A stretch of 64,000 nt of DNA from Eubacteriales bacterium (GTDB lineage: Bacteria; Bacillota; Clostridia; Oscillospirales; UBA644). The position numbers were made by a program, and so were the translations under genes. Within the stretch, counting starts at the first letter, position 1. Each line of letters starts with the position of its first letter. Of the stretch, positions 1-8,777 are shown piece after piece. A model generated the notes under the pieces. It worked only from the letters and a program-made list of their open reading frames with translations. It searched no databases and was not told the origin of the DNA. The stretch spans positions 120,617 through 184,616 of the forward strand of contig JAZQKK010000014.1 of NCBI GenBank assembly GCA_045542115.1, in the 5' to 3' direction.

Positions 1-1152
1 CATATCCAAAAAGGCTAACTGATGCGTCAGAGTTTCTTCCAACGTCTTCCCTGCCCGTTTCCGAGATTCGGTCAACCGGGCGGCAATCTCTTTTAAGCGA
101 GTATACAGTTGCTCTTTTTCTGCATTTAATTCGTCCAAACGCTCTGCGGAGGCATCCAAAGAGTCCAATTCCTCCGCAGCCTTATCCCGAAAGGCTAACA
201 CGTCTTCCAAGGAAGGACCGTATTTCCGTTTCAGACGGTATATTAAATCCAAACGTTCTTCCACTTCATTCAGTTCCGAAGGGTCAAACGCATATTCCTC
301 CGCATATTGACGGAGATCCACGGACAAATCGTCCAATTCTTCGGAAAGAGCCGTCAGCCGTTGAGAGAGTTGGGAGAGAGCATCGTTCACGTCTGCAATC
401 CGTTCCAATTCCCCACAGGCTTGTCCCAATTTGTCCCGGGCGTTATTTTCTTCCGAGCAAAGGGCGTAAGCAGCGGAAAGAGAAGATTCTATCTTTTCGC
501 CGTTCGCAAGAACACAACGGCGTCGTTCCAATTCCTCGTCTTCCCCCAAGCGAAGGGATGCGGCGTCAATCTCACGAACCTGATAAGACAAAAGGTCGAT
601 TCGTTGCATCCGGGTCTGCTCGTCGGTATTCAACTCCGAAATCCGGCGAAGAATCTGCTTTAACTGTCCGAAAACATCTTCATACTCCAAACGAATGGCA
701 TCGTTTTTCGCGAAGGCATCCAAATAGCGGATATGGGTCGCGGGGTCCAAAAGCGCCCGGTTATCGTGCTGTCCGTGGATGTTGACCAAATGACCGGCAA
801 GGTCTTTTAAGATAGAAACGGTAGCCGGTCTTCCGTTGATTCGAACGGTAGATTTTCCCTCACAGGTCAAATCCCGCTGAACGAGAACTTCGTCTCCGTC
901 AAAGCCTTGCTCTTCCAATAAAGAAAGCGTGGACGGAGAAAGGCCGGTAAACAATCCGGAAACCGTAGCTTTCGGACAGCCGGAACGGACAATATCCTTC
1001 CCGACCCGTTCTCCAAGCAAAAGATTTAACGAATGAATCAGAACCGATTTCCCCGCCCCGGTCTCACCGGTCAGAACCGAAAAGCCGTCGGAGAGGTCTA
1101 AATCCAATTCCTCTATCACCGCAAGGTTTTCAATATGAAGCTGTTCCAGCAA
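1..1152 (-). CDS. recN: DNA repair protein RecN, N-terminal part (gene runs off the left edge)
   Basis: Absent from the ORF track because it is open to the window edge. My minus-strand translation from TTG at 1152 (GAGGTG SD upstream) reads LLEQLHIENLAVIEELDLDLSDGFSVLTGETGAGKSVLIHSLNLL, with Walker A GETGAGKS. It sits after argR, as in Bacillus ahrC-recN. Confidence 0.85.
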   Translation of the reverse strand, partial: MLEQLHIENLAVIEELDLDLSDGFSVLTGETGAGKSVLIHSLNLLLGERVGKDIVRSGCPKATVSGLFTGLSPSTLSLLEEQGFDGDEVLVQRDLTCEGKSTVRINGRPATVSILKDLAGHLVNIHGQHDNRALLDPATHIRYLDAFAKNDAIRLEYEDVFGQLKQILRRISELNTDEQTRMQRIDLLSYQVREIDAASLRLGEDEELERRRCVLANGEKIESSLSAAYALCSEENNARDKLGQACGELERIADVNDALSQLSQRLTALSEELDDLSVDLRQYAEEYAFDPSELNEVEERLDLIYRLKRKYGPSLEDVLAFRDKAAEELDSLDASAERLDELNAEKEQLYTRLKEIAARLTESRKRAGKTLEETLTHQLAFLDM

Positions 1153-1163
1153 AGGATATCACC

Positions 1164-1634
1164 TCAGGCTTGCTTAATAATCTGACGGAACTCGTTTTGC
1201 AAAGCAATCGCGGCATCCAAAGATTCCGCAGCCAGGAAAATGGTGTCGTCTCCGGCGATGGAACCGATGATTTCCGGATGGTCTACTCCGTCAATCACGG
1301 CGGCAACGGCCTGAGCCATTCCGGAATGGCAACGAATTACCACAATCTGCTGGGCGGTACGTACGTCCACTACACCATCCCGCACCATTGCGGAAAACCG
1401 GTCTTTCCGGTCGGGGATGTCGACGGAAATTTGGTCGGAGGCCATATACTTATACCGCTTCTGCACGCCGGAGGTCTTTACCAGGTTCAAATCCTTAATA
1501 TCCCGGGAAACAGTGGCTTGCGTCACCTTAAATCCGAGATTTTGCAGATACAGCGTGATTTCTTCTTGTGTTTCCACTTCCGTGGAAGAAATCAACTTCA
1601 AAATCTGCGCCTGGCGTTTCTCTTTGACTTTCAT
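1164..1634 (-). CDS. argR: arginine repressor ArgR/AhrC
   Basis: 156 aa. N-terminal winged helix (TQATVSRDIKDLNLVK) and C-terminal oligomerisation domain (GSIAGDDTIF). Confidence 0.9.
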   Translation of the reverse strand: MKVKEKRQAQILKLISSTEVETQEEITLYLQNLGFKVTQATVSRDIKDLNLVKTSGVQKRYKYMASDQISVDIPDRKDRFSAMVRDGVVDVRTAQQIVVIRCHSGMAQAVAAVIDGVDHPEIIGSIAGDDTIFLAAESLDAAIALQNEFRQIIKQA

Positions 1635-1650
1635 AGTGTATCTCTCCTAA

Positions 1651-2505
1651 TCAATTATGATTCAGTTTCATTGAAAGAACCCTTCCGAAGGGGGCATTGG
1701 AAAAGCGGATGAGCCGTGTCATCCGGGGGGATTCGGAAATAAAGATTTCATCCCCTTGGTTTAGCAGAAAATTATCCTCTCCGTCAAAAGACAGATAGGC
1801 TTCTCCCTTTTTCTGAGCGCCCACACGCAGAGACAACTGAGCGTCGGAAGAAAAAACCGTGGGGCGGGCCGTAAGGCTATGAGCACAGACCGGGGTTGCC
1901 ACGATAGCCTTCAACGTGGGGTCCACGATGGGACCTCCGGCAGAAAGGGAGTACGCCGTCGAACCGGTAGGGGTGGCAAAAACCATTCCATCGGCGTGAT
2001 ATGAAGCGAAAACCTGTCCCCGTTGAAGCAAATCAAAGGTCACCAAGTGGGGCAACGTTCCATAGGAAACCACACCGTCGTTAAGGCAATCTTTCCGGAC
2101 GACTTCTTCCCCGTCTCGAATCACACGAACGGTCAGCATCATTCGTTCTTCTGTCGTATAATCTCCGGAAAACAAGCGGGAAAGAGATTCAAAAGACTCT
2201 CCGTTCAATTCTGCCATATAACCAAGCGTTCCGCAGTTTATCCCCAAAATGGGAAGGTTTTGCAGTGCGGCGGCGTGGGAAAAGCGCAATATCGTTCCGT
2301 CTCCACCCAAAACGATGGCAATATCGGCCTGTTTTGCCCCGTCTTCCGGAGTGCAGTAAGAAAGGCCGGGAATCGGTTCGGTACAAATCACATCGCCCCC
2401 CAACCGTTGCAGGTCACAGGCTACGGCTCGCGTCAAAGATAACCCGATATCCCGGTCGGGGTTCGGGACCAAAACGATCCGAAGATTCCGATTCAAAGCA
2501 ATCAC
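1651..2505 (-). CDS. nadK: NAD kinase
   Basis: 284 aa. GGDGTILR and NCGTLGYM motifs typical of NAD+ kinase. Confidence 0.9.
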   Translation of the reverse strand: MIALNRNLRIVLVPNPDRDIGLSLTRAVACDLQRLGGDVICTEPIPGLSYCTPEDGAKQADIAIVLGGDGTILRFSHAAALQNLPILGINCGTLGYMAELNGESFESLSRLFSGDYTTEERMMLTVRVIRDGEEVVRKDCLNDGVVSYGTLPHLVTFDLLQRGQVFASYHADGMVFATPTGSTAYSLSAGGPIVDPTLKAIVATPVCAHSLTARPTVFSSDAQLSLRVGAQKKGEAYLSFDGEDNFLLNQGDEIFISESPRMTRLIRFSNAPFGRVLSMKLNHN

Positions 2506-2511
2506 CTCGCG

Positions 2512-3273
2512 TTATAAAGATGCGTGGGCAGACCGGACCAAAGCGGAAAAATCCACGGGACGGTCTTGCTCCGCAAGAGTAAGATGCAATAAATATTCGA
2601 TATTTCCTTCCGTTCCTTTGACCGGAGAAAAGGTTGCATTTCGCAGAGAATATCCCATCGTCCGGGCGGTATCCGACACCGAACGAAGAACCTCCCGGTG
2701 TATCTTCGGGTCCCGGACAACGCTTTTTTTATGCCGAATCTCAAATTGCGGCTTGACCAACGCAACCACGTCAGCGGAAGAAGCGTAACCAACCAAATGT
2801 GGGAGCACTTTGGTCAAAGAAAGAAAGGAAACGTCAATACAGATAAAATCCGGGGTTCCGGAATAGTGCAACGAAAGGTCTTTTACGTGAACCCCTTCCA
2901 AATTATGTACCCGGGGGTCTACCCGAAGTTCGGGAGCAAGCTGGTCGTGTCCCACGTCAACGGCAAAAACCTCTTTCGCACCGTTTTGCAACGCACAATC
3001 GGTAAAACCTCCGGTAGAAGCACCGATATCGAGGACCGTCTTTCCTTCCAAGGAAATGGAAAAGACTTGGAGGGCTTTTTCTAATTTGTACCCGCCTCTG
3101 CCCACGTATTTCAGGGAGGAGGTGACGGTAATCTCATCCCCGTCGGAGACCTCGGCGCTGTTTTTCGTGCAAACCACACCGTTTCGCAACACCGAACCGG
3201 AACGAATCAATTCCTGGGCCCGTTCCCGGGACTGCGCCAGAGAAGATTGGACCAAATAAACGTCAAGCCTCAC
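2512..3273 (-). CDS. tlyA: TlyA-family rRNA 2'-O-methyltransferase (S4 domain + FtsJ fold)
   Basis: N-terminal MRLDVYLV...S4-like domain and SAM motif LDIGASTGGFTD. Confidence 0.85.
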   Translation of the reverse strand: MRLDVYLVQSSLAQSRERAQELIRSGSVLRNGVVCTKNSAEVSDGDEITVTSSLKYVGRGGYKLEKALQVFSISLEGKTVLDIGASTGGFTDCALQNGAKEVFAVDVGHDQLAPELRVDPRVHNLEGVHVKDLSLHYSGTPDFICIDVSFLSLTKVLPHLVGYASSADVVALVKPQFEIRHKKSVVRDPKIHREVLRSVSDTARTMGYSLRNATFSPVKGTEGNIEYLLHLTLAEQDRPVDFSALVRSAHASL

Positions 3274-4147
3274 GTCCGCACATCCGTATCGTCAATTCCC
3301 GTAAAAACGCGGGATTTTCAAACTGTTCCAAAATGGACAACGCCTCGTCGGTAAGCCGTTCCACTTCCCGTTGAGCACCATCCATACCGAGAATATCCAC
3401 AAAAGTAGTTTTGTTTTCTCCCGAATCCTTTCCCGGAGTCTTGCCCAAGGTTTCGGGAGTGCTGATAACGTCGAGAATGTCGTCCCGAATCTGAAAAGCC
3501 TGTCCCACAAGCCGTCCGTATCGGTCCGCAAGAGCACAGATTTTAGCATCCACGCCGGCGGCAATACAACCAAGGACACAGGACGCGGAAAGCATCGAGG
3601 CGGTCTTCAAATCATTGACCTGCTCCAAATATGCCCGGTCCACGGTACGGTCGGAATTTTTCATATCGAGGACTTGTCCCGTCAAAATTCCGTCCAGACC
3701 GGAAGCAGAACAAAGGACTTTAACCGAATCCAGAATCTGTTCTGCCGAAAGGCCGTACTCAACTCCGTGATGTAACACCGTTTCAATGGCTTTGTCATAA
3801 AGGCCGCTTCCGGCAAGGAGGGCAACATACTCCCCGTAGACCACGTGGTTCGTAGGTCTTCCCCGGCGCAGCGTATCGTTATCCATACAGGGCAAATCGT
3901 CGTGAATCAGCGAATACGTATGTATCATCTCCACCGCGGCGGCGGCGGGAAGAGCGGCGGAAGCGTTCACGCCGCACAATTCACAAAAGGCAAGGGTCAG
4001 AACCGGACGGATTCGCTTACCGCCAGCTAAAAGGCTGTACCGCATTGATTCGACCAAAACGTTATTCTCGTCTGCCGGAAGGAATCGGTCAAAGGATTCC
4101 TCTATCGAAGAGCGATACCGCGAAAATTGTTCATCGAAGGTCGTCAT
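3263..4147 (-). CDS. ispA: polyprenyl (farnesyl/geranylgeranyl) diphosphate synthase
   Basis: First aspartate-rich motif LIHDDLPCMDNDTLRRGRPT and second motif FQIRDDILD. Confidence 0.85.
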   Translation of the reverse strand: MTTFDEQFSRYRSSIEESFDRFLPADENNVLVESMRYSLLAGGKRIRPVLTLAFCELCGVNASAALPAAAAVEMIHTYSLIHDDLPCMDNDTLRRGRPTNHVVYGEYVALLAGSGLYDKAIETVLHHGVEYGLSAEQILDSVKVLCSASGLDGILTGQVLDMKNSDRTVDRAYLEQVNDLKTASMLSASCVLGCIAAGVDAKICALADRYGRLVGQAFQIRDDILDVISTPETLGKTPGKDSGENKTTFVDILGMDGAQREVERLTDEALSILEQFENPAFLRELTIRMCGREA

Positions 4148-4370
4148 TTGTCAGCGCTACCTCCTCTCCGTTCCGGACAAGGGAAATTTCTCCCCGAAAT
4201 TTCTCTAAAATTTTAGCACATTTTTCCGACAGAGCAAGGGCTTCCCGATAGACGTTCATCGTTTCGTCCAAAGAAAGTTCTCCCGATTCGAGAGAAACTA
4301 CAATTTCCTCCAACCGGGCAATCATTTCTTCATACGTTGCGGGGTTCTTTGTATTCTGCGACACAACCAA
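4131..4370 (-). CDS. xseB: exodeoxyribonuclease VII small subunit
   Basis: 79 aa. YEEMIARLEEIVVSLESGELSLDE is the typical XseB helix. Overlaps the xseA stop. Confidence 0.85.
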   Translation of the reverse strand: MVVSQNTKNPATYEEMIARLEEIVVSLESGELSLDETMNVYREALALSEKCAKILEKFRGEISLVRNGEEVALTNDDLR

Positions 4371-5529
4371 TCACTCCATCCTGTAAATGTAACCGAAGGG
4401 GGGCTCCCGGAGAAATCTGCTCCACGGAACGAAGGGGTTTTCCTTCCGATTCCGCTAACGCGTATCCGCGAGATAAGACCGATAAAGGGTTTAACGCCGA
4501 CAGACGGGCGGTCAACGCCGAAAAATCGGAACAGCGACGTTGTACCTGCTTGTCCGAGGCGGATTTTAAGCGAAAATCAAGATAATCCAACTGCTGAGAC
4601 CGGGATTGCAACGCCGCAGTCGGGTCTACACGGGCGGCCAATCCCTGCAATTTTTGTTCTTCCAACCGAAGACGGGTGGATGCAAACGTATCGACGGAAC
4701 GTTTGGCCCGGGCGAACCGTTCCGACAATGCGGGAGCCTGTCCCACGGCCACTTCGGCGGCAACCGAGGGGGTTGCGGCTCGAAAATCGGACACAAAATC
4801 AAGTATCGTAAAATCGGTCTCGTGACCGATAGCACTAATCACCGGCAAAGGATAATCTGCAACAAGGCGGGCGAGGGATTCGTCGTTAAAAACTGCCAAA
4901 TCTTCGTAAGAACCGCCACCTCGGGCAATCATAACCAAGTCTACGCCGGGACGGGTCCGAAAATAGTCCAGCCCTTCCGCCACGGAACGGGCAGCCTGTT
5001 CTCCCTGCATCAAACAGGGATAAACGCACAGATTGACCGACGGTGCAAGGCGGGAACAAACGCTGAGGATATCCCGGATAGCAGCCCCTGTTACCGAGGT
5101 ACAGATTCCGATGGTACGAGGGTAAAGGGGGAGCGTTTTTTTTCGTTCAAAAAGGCCTTCTTCTTCCAATACGGCTTTAATACGAAGGAATTCCAAATAC
5201 AAGCCTCCCAAACCGTCGGGGAGCATTTCTTCCGTATAGAACTGGTACTGGCCGTCCCGCTCGTACAGGGAAACTTTTCCCCGAAGCAACACCTGCATTC
5301 CATCCTTTGGAGCAAACGTAAGATTCGAGGCCTGCCACTTGAACATCACGGCTTTCACCGAGGCATCTTGGTCTTTGACCGAAAAGTAACAATGACCGCT
5401 TTTAGAATTACGGACAAAATTGGAAAGTTCTCCCCGCAGCCAGACCGATTTCAGATTCCGGTCGGACTCCAAAAGAGATTTTACGTAAAGATTCAATTGT
5501 ACAACGGAAAGTGCCATAGGCGGGTGCAA
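4330..5529 (-). CDS. xseA: exodeoxyribonuclease VII large subunit
   Basis: 399 aa. N-terminal OB fold (LRGELSNFVRNSKSGHCYFSVKD), catalytic core and C-terminal coiled coil. Confidence 0.9.
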   Translation of the reverse strand: MHPPMALSVVQLNLYVKSLLESDRNLKSVWLRGELSNFVRNSKSGHCYFSVKDQDASVKAVMFKWQASNLTFAPKDGMQVLLRGKVSLYERDGQYQFYTEEMLPDGLGGLYLEFLRIKAVLEEEGLFERKKTLPLYPRTIGICTSVTGAAIRDILSVCSRLAPSVNLCVYPCLMQGEQAARSVAEGLDYFRTRPGVDLVMIARGGGSYEDLAVFNDESLARLVADYPLPVISAIGHETDFTILDFVSDFRAATPSVAAEVAVGQAPALSERFARAKRSVDTFASTRLRLEEQKLQGLAARVDPTAALQSRSQQLDYLDFRLKSASDKQVQRRCSDFSALTARLSALNPLSVLSRGYALAESEGKPLRSVEQISPGAPLRLHLQDGVIGCVAEYKEPRNV

Positions 5530-6456
5530 TCAAATCACTCCTTCGTAACGCAGACGGGTAAGACAAGCGATGCCGGCGGCATTGTCACAAGAATATCCGT
5601 CAGCGGCAAACACCGCACCGTACCGCTGTGTAAGGCGGCGGCGAATAATGGAATTGGAGCAAACTCCGCCAATCATCAAAAGCGGAAGGTCCGGGTGTTG
5701 AGCCAGAGCAAATTCAATCATCGCTTCCAATTCGGCACAGACCGAATCCACCGCAAAAAAGGCGATTTCCTCTTTGGAATGGCCTTCGGAAAGCATTTTT
5801 TGTGCTTTGTTTTCATATCCGGAAAGGGAACAGCAACCGTCTTTCAAGCGAACGCGGTGTTTGGTAGGAATTTCAGCCTTTAAGGCATCCGGGTCCATTT
5901 TCGCACCGCAAGGAAACCCGTACCCCAACAAAACGCCCACACGGTCAATCAACTGTCCGGCGTGAAGGTCAAGGGTGTGGGCAAGAATTTGGATGTCGTC
6001 CAACCCGTTGACCAACAGAAGCTCCGTCGTACCTCCTGAGACGTGAAACGCCAAAAAAGGACGTTCAAACCACTGGGTCTTTCCCACCGACCACAGGCCC
6101 GCGGCAATGTGCCCCTGCTGATGAGAAAACTCATACAACGGACAGCCGAAGGAATGAGCCAACGTCCGGGCATAGGACACGCCGGAAAGAAAACAGGGCA
6201 TATACGAATCTTCCGTCCAGCGCGGACGGGAAGAAACCCCCACCGCCGTCAAAGATTCGAAGGGCGGAAGGGATTCAAACAATTCCGGAAATTGCTTTAT
6301 ATGCAGGAAAACGGCGTCGCCTTGCCGAAGCCCCCGCTGACCTTCTCTGACAGGTAAAAGCCGTCTGCGGCTTTCCATTCCCTGAGACAAATAAAGTGCA
6401 ACGGAGGTGGTGTAATTGCTGGTATCGACGCCGAGATATTTACTTTTCACGGACAT
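5530..6456 (-). CDS. TsaD/Kae1-like ASKHA-fold protein (peptidase M22 / glycoprotease family paralog)
   Basis: 308 aa. GVDTSNYTTSVAL phosphate-1-like start, SHQQGH (HxxxH metal motif) and MIGGVCSN near the C-terminus. Distinct from the canonical tsaD at 62364. Confidence 0.6.
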   Translation of the reverse strand: MSVKSKYLGVDTSNYTTSVALYLSQGMESRRRLLPVREGQRGLRQGDAVFLHIKQFPELFESLPPFESLTAVGVSSRPRWTEDSYMPCFLSGVSYARTLAHSFGCPLYEFSHQQGHIAAGLWSVGKTQWFERPFLAFHVSGGTTELLLVNGLDDIQILAHTLDLHAGQLIDRVGVLLGYGFPCGAKMDPDALKAEIPTKHRVRLKDGCCSLSGYENKAQKMLSEGHSKEEIAFFAVDSVCAELEAMIEFALAQHPDLPLLMIGGVCSNSIIRRRLTQRYGAVFAADGYSCDNAAGIACLTRLRYEGVI

Positions 6457-6835
6457 AAGAGGCCAAGACCCCGTTCCCGTAGGACGCGGCCTCGGGAGAA
6501 TCGTAAGTCTTAATGAGATTGACCGCTTCGTTAATCACGATGGCGGGAGGAGTGTCGGTACATTCCATCTCATAAAAAGCAATCCGCAACGCGGTGAGAA
6601 GCATTTTCGAGAGACGGTCAACGGTACGTTTGGTGCAATACCGGGCAATGGTTTCGTCCAGCTGAGGCTGACGGTCCAAAACGCCGTGGAACACCGAAAG
6701 AACAAATTCGTCCAAGGCGATCTCGTGATTTTCTTCCGCAAGACGGAGAACCTCTTCCCGGTCCGGTTGGGACTGGAAAGCGCACTCAAACAAAAGAATA
6801 AAAGCATTATTCCGGGCTTCGGAACGTTTCAACAT
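6440..6835 (-). CDS. nusB: transcription antitermination factor NusB
   Basis: 131 aa. ARNNAFILLFE and ALRIAFYEM are typical NusB helices. Confidence 0.9.
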   Translation of the reverse strand: MLKRSEARNNAFILLFECAFQSQPDREEVLRLAEENHEIALDEFVLSVFHGVLDRQPQLDETIARYCTKRTVDRLSKMLLTALRIAFYEMECTDTPPAIVINEAVNLIKTYDSPEAASYGNGVLASYVREK

Positions 6836-6853
6836 AATTCTGACGCCTTTCGG

Positions 6854-7225
6854 TTATTTCGTGTTCTTTTTAGCTTCTGCCTTATTGAGAGCAACGCCCA
6901 CAACGGCAACGTTCACGTTCCGCACGGCAATCCCGGTCATATCGGTAACCGCTTCCGCAACGTCGGCTTGCACCACGGCACAAACGTCCTGAATCTTCGT
7001 TCCGAACAGAACCGAAATCTGAACCGTCAATTCCAGGCCGGATTCGGACGGAGCCAAAGTTACGCCCTTCACGAACGTGACCCTGGAAGACATCAGATTT
7101 TTAGCATTGTTCAAAAGACGCTGATGAACGCTGGCAACACCTTCCACGTCCTGAGCAGCCTTGATAGCAATGTCGGCGATAACTTCGTCTGCGATGCGGA
7201 TGGAACCGTTTTTAATTTCTTCCAT
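6854..7225 (-). CDS. Asp23/Gls24-family alkaline shock protein
   Basis: 123 aa. IADEVIADIAIKAAQDVEGV is the Asp23 family signature. First gene of the operon, as for Bacillus yqhY. Confidence 0.85.
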   Translation of the reverse strand: MEEIKNGSIRIADEVIADIAIKAAQDVEGVASVHQRLLNNAKNLMSSRVTFVKGVTLAPSESGLELTVQISVLFGTKIQDVCAVVQADVAEAVTDMTGIAVRNVNVAVVGVALNKAEAKKNTK

Positions 7226-7273
7226 AGTAAACCTCCAAGGGTGTTTTGAATCGTTGATTCATAATTTAATAAT

Positions 7274-7302
7274 ATTATAACATATTTTTACCCGTTTGTA
7301 TA
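7274..7302 (-). promoter_or_regulatory. sigma-A-type promoter for the asp23-to-recN operon
   Basis: Minus strand reads TATACA-17 nt-TATAAT with TGt extended -10, about 50 nt upstream of the asp23 start. Confidence 0.55.
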
Positions 7303-7352
7303 GAGGCAATTTGGAATTTTTTTTGAATTTTGTATAAAAATTCGTCATTTTT

Positions 7353-7862
7353 TCAAGGGTACGTGACGATTTTTACCGACCCGCTTTGAAATCCGGTCTG
7401 AGCAAGAACTGCATCAAATATCTGTGCGGATTGCTGATCGGTCAAGGATTCGGCCCCCACCACCACGGTAGCAGTATCAGACGTGAGGAATACGATACAT
7501 TCTTCAAAGCCTTTTGCTTTCAGAATATTTTCCACGGCAGTCTCTCCTTCGGTGATTTTTGCATAAGCAACCACTTCTCCGTAGGCATTGTTACGAATTT
7601 CCTCTTCCACCGTTTCGTCGTTGATAATTTCGTTGAGCATCGCCAGGGCTTCCTGTCGGGATTGAGTGCGGGTATACCGCGCGTTGTCAAAATAAGTATC
7701 GTCTTCCGCCGAAGCTCCGGCCTGCACCGAGGGAGGTTGGGTGTCCTCATTCCCAAAAGATGAAAACAAATTACTCAAAAGAGAATATTTCCAATTGACC
7801 GCTACGGCGACGAAAACAAAGACGGTCACGCCCACCAAGGCGATTACGGTTTTCTTTTTCAT
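7353..7862 (-). CDS. spoIIIAH: stage III sporulation protein AH
   Basis: N-terminal TM segment, YFDNARYTRTQSRQEA and ILKAKGFEECIVF motifs like SpoIIIAH. Last gene of the spoIIIA operon. Confidence 0.75.
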   Translation of the reverse strand: MKKKTVIALVGVTVFVFVAVAVNWKYSLLSNLFSSFGNEDTQPPSVQAGASAEDDTYFDNARYTRTQSRQEALAMLNEIINDETVEEEIRNNAYGEVVAYAKITEGETAVENILKAKGFEECIVFLTSDTATVVVGAESLTDQQSAQIFDAVLAQTGFQSGSVKIVTYP

Positions 7863-7873
7863 TTACACCACTC

Positions 7874-8434
7874 CTATGGATTCATTTTTTTTACGGAAAT
7901 CCGTTCGCCGGAAATTCCTAAGGTTCGGGATAAAACTTCGGTCACGTCATTTTTTACACGGGTACTGTCACCTCCCTGACAAACTACGGCAACCCCCTGG
8001 ACCGAAGGGGTATAAACCTTTAAAACCAACCCCGACGACCGGGAAGAGACCAGAACGTATTGACGTTTTGAATCGATCTTTCCATTGGACTGCGATGCGT
8101 TTTCATCCATTGCATAGACGGTTTCACCCCCATCGGAATAGGTGATGAACACCGAACATTTTCCTACACCGGATATTTCCGAAAGCGTTGCCTCCAATTC
8201 CCTCCGAAGTGCTTCGGAGCAAAAGGCGGTACTTCCGGACTCCGGAACCGTCTTTTCGCCTTGTTTGGAACAGAAAAACAAAAGTAGAATCACAGACAAC
8301 AGGCAAAGGAAAATCAACCACTTATTCTTTCGAAAAAAAGCGGAAATCGCAACCACGTCAAGGGTCTTGCGTGACGACGGTGAATCCCGGGAAGGAAAAA
8401 GCTTTTTCCAGGGCATATTGAACCTCCTTTTCAT
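7874..8434 (-). CDS. spoIIIAG: stage III sporulation protein AG
   Basis: Single TM then C-terminal VQGVAVVCQGGD...VTEVLSRTLGI like SpoIIIAG. The true start may be the internal Met at 8416. Confidence 0.7.
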   Translation of the reverse strand: MKRRFNMPWKKLFPSRDSPSSRKTLDVVAISAFFRKNKWLIFLCLLSVILLLFFCSKQGEKTVPESGSTAFCSEALRRELEATLSEISGVGKCSVFITYSDGGETVYAMDENASQSNGKIDSKRQYVLVSSRSSGLVLKVYTPSVQGVAVVCQGGDSTRVKNDVTEVLSRTLGISGERISVKKMNP

Positions 8435-8777
8435 CTCCGGCCTGCAAAACTACGGTGATTTGGGTCAGCCGATACTCTTCCCCCACCAAACTTAAATCGT
8501 TCTCCACCGATATGGGCACTTCCCCGGTCAATTGCCGCACCTGGGAGGAAACGGCAAGATTCAACGCCGCAGACGAAGGAGCCGAAACGTCGTATTCTAC
8601 GGATTGCCGGGAATCGATTTCCCCAAATTCCACCTCCCGGAAGAGCGTTGAAATAAGAGAAGAAGCAACCACTAAAAGCAACAAAAGATAAATCCATTCC
8701 GTTTTTCCCGTCAAAGGAAGAATCATTGATATCAGCCCAAAGAACAGGCACGTCAACAAGAGAGATTGCAACGTCAT
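8358..8777 (-). CDS. spoIIIAF: stage III sporulation protein AF
   Basis: C-terminal 139 codons of the 495-aa track ORF, starting at MTLQSLLLTCLFFG. Two TM helices plus a soluble domain. Its ATG overlaps the spoIIIAE stop (TGATG). Confidence 0.7.
   Translation of the reverse strand: MTLQSLLLTCLFFGLISMILPLTGKTEWIYLLLLLVVASSLISTLFREVEFGEIDSRQSVEYDVSAPSSAALNLAVSSQVRQLTGEVPISVENDLSLVGEEYRLTQITVVLQAGDEKEVQYALEKAFSFPGFTVVTQDP

Noticed and set aside
4606-5883. Other long antisense or alternate-frame ORFs: 4606-5883(+), 6416-7249(+), 16623-17570(+), 25152-26186(+), 26226-27527(+), 42509-43399(-), 47615-49039(+), 49594-50355(+), 51101-51871(+).
   Set aside because: Each lies fully inside a confidently identified gene on the opposite strand. 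They have low-complexity Arg/Gly/His-rich translations, and I saw no SD/start context and no family motifs.
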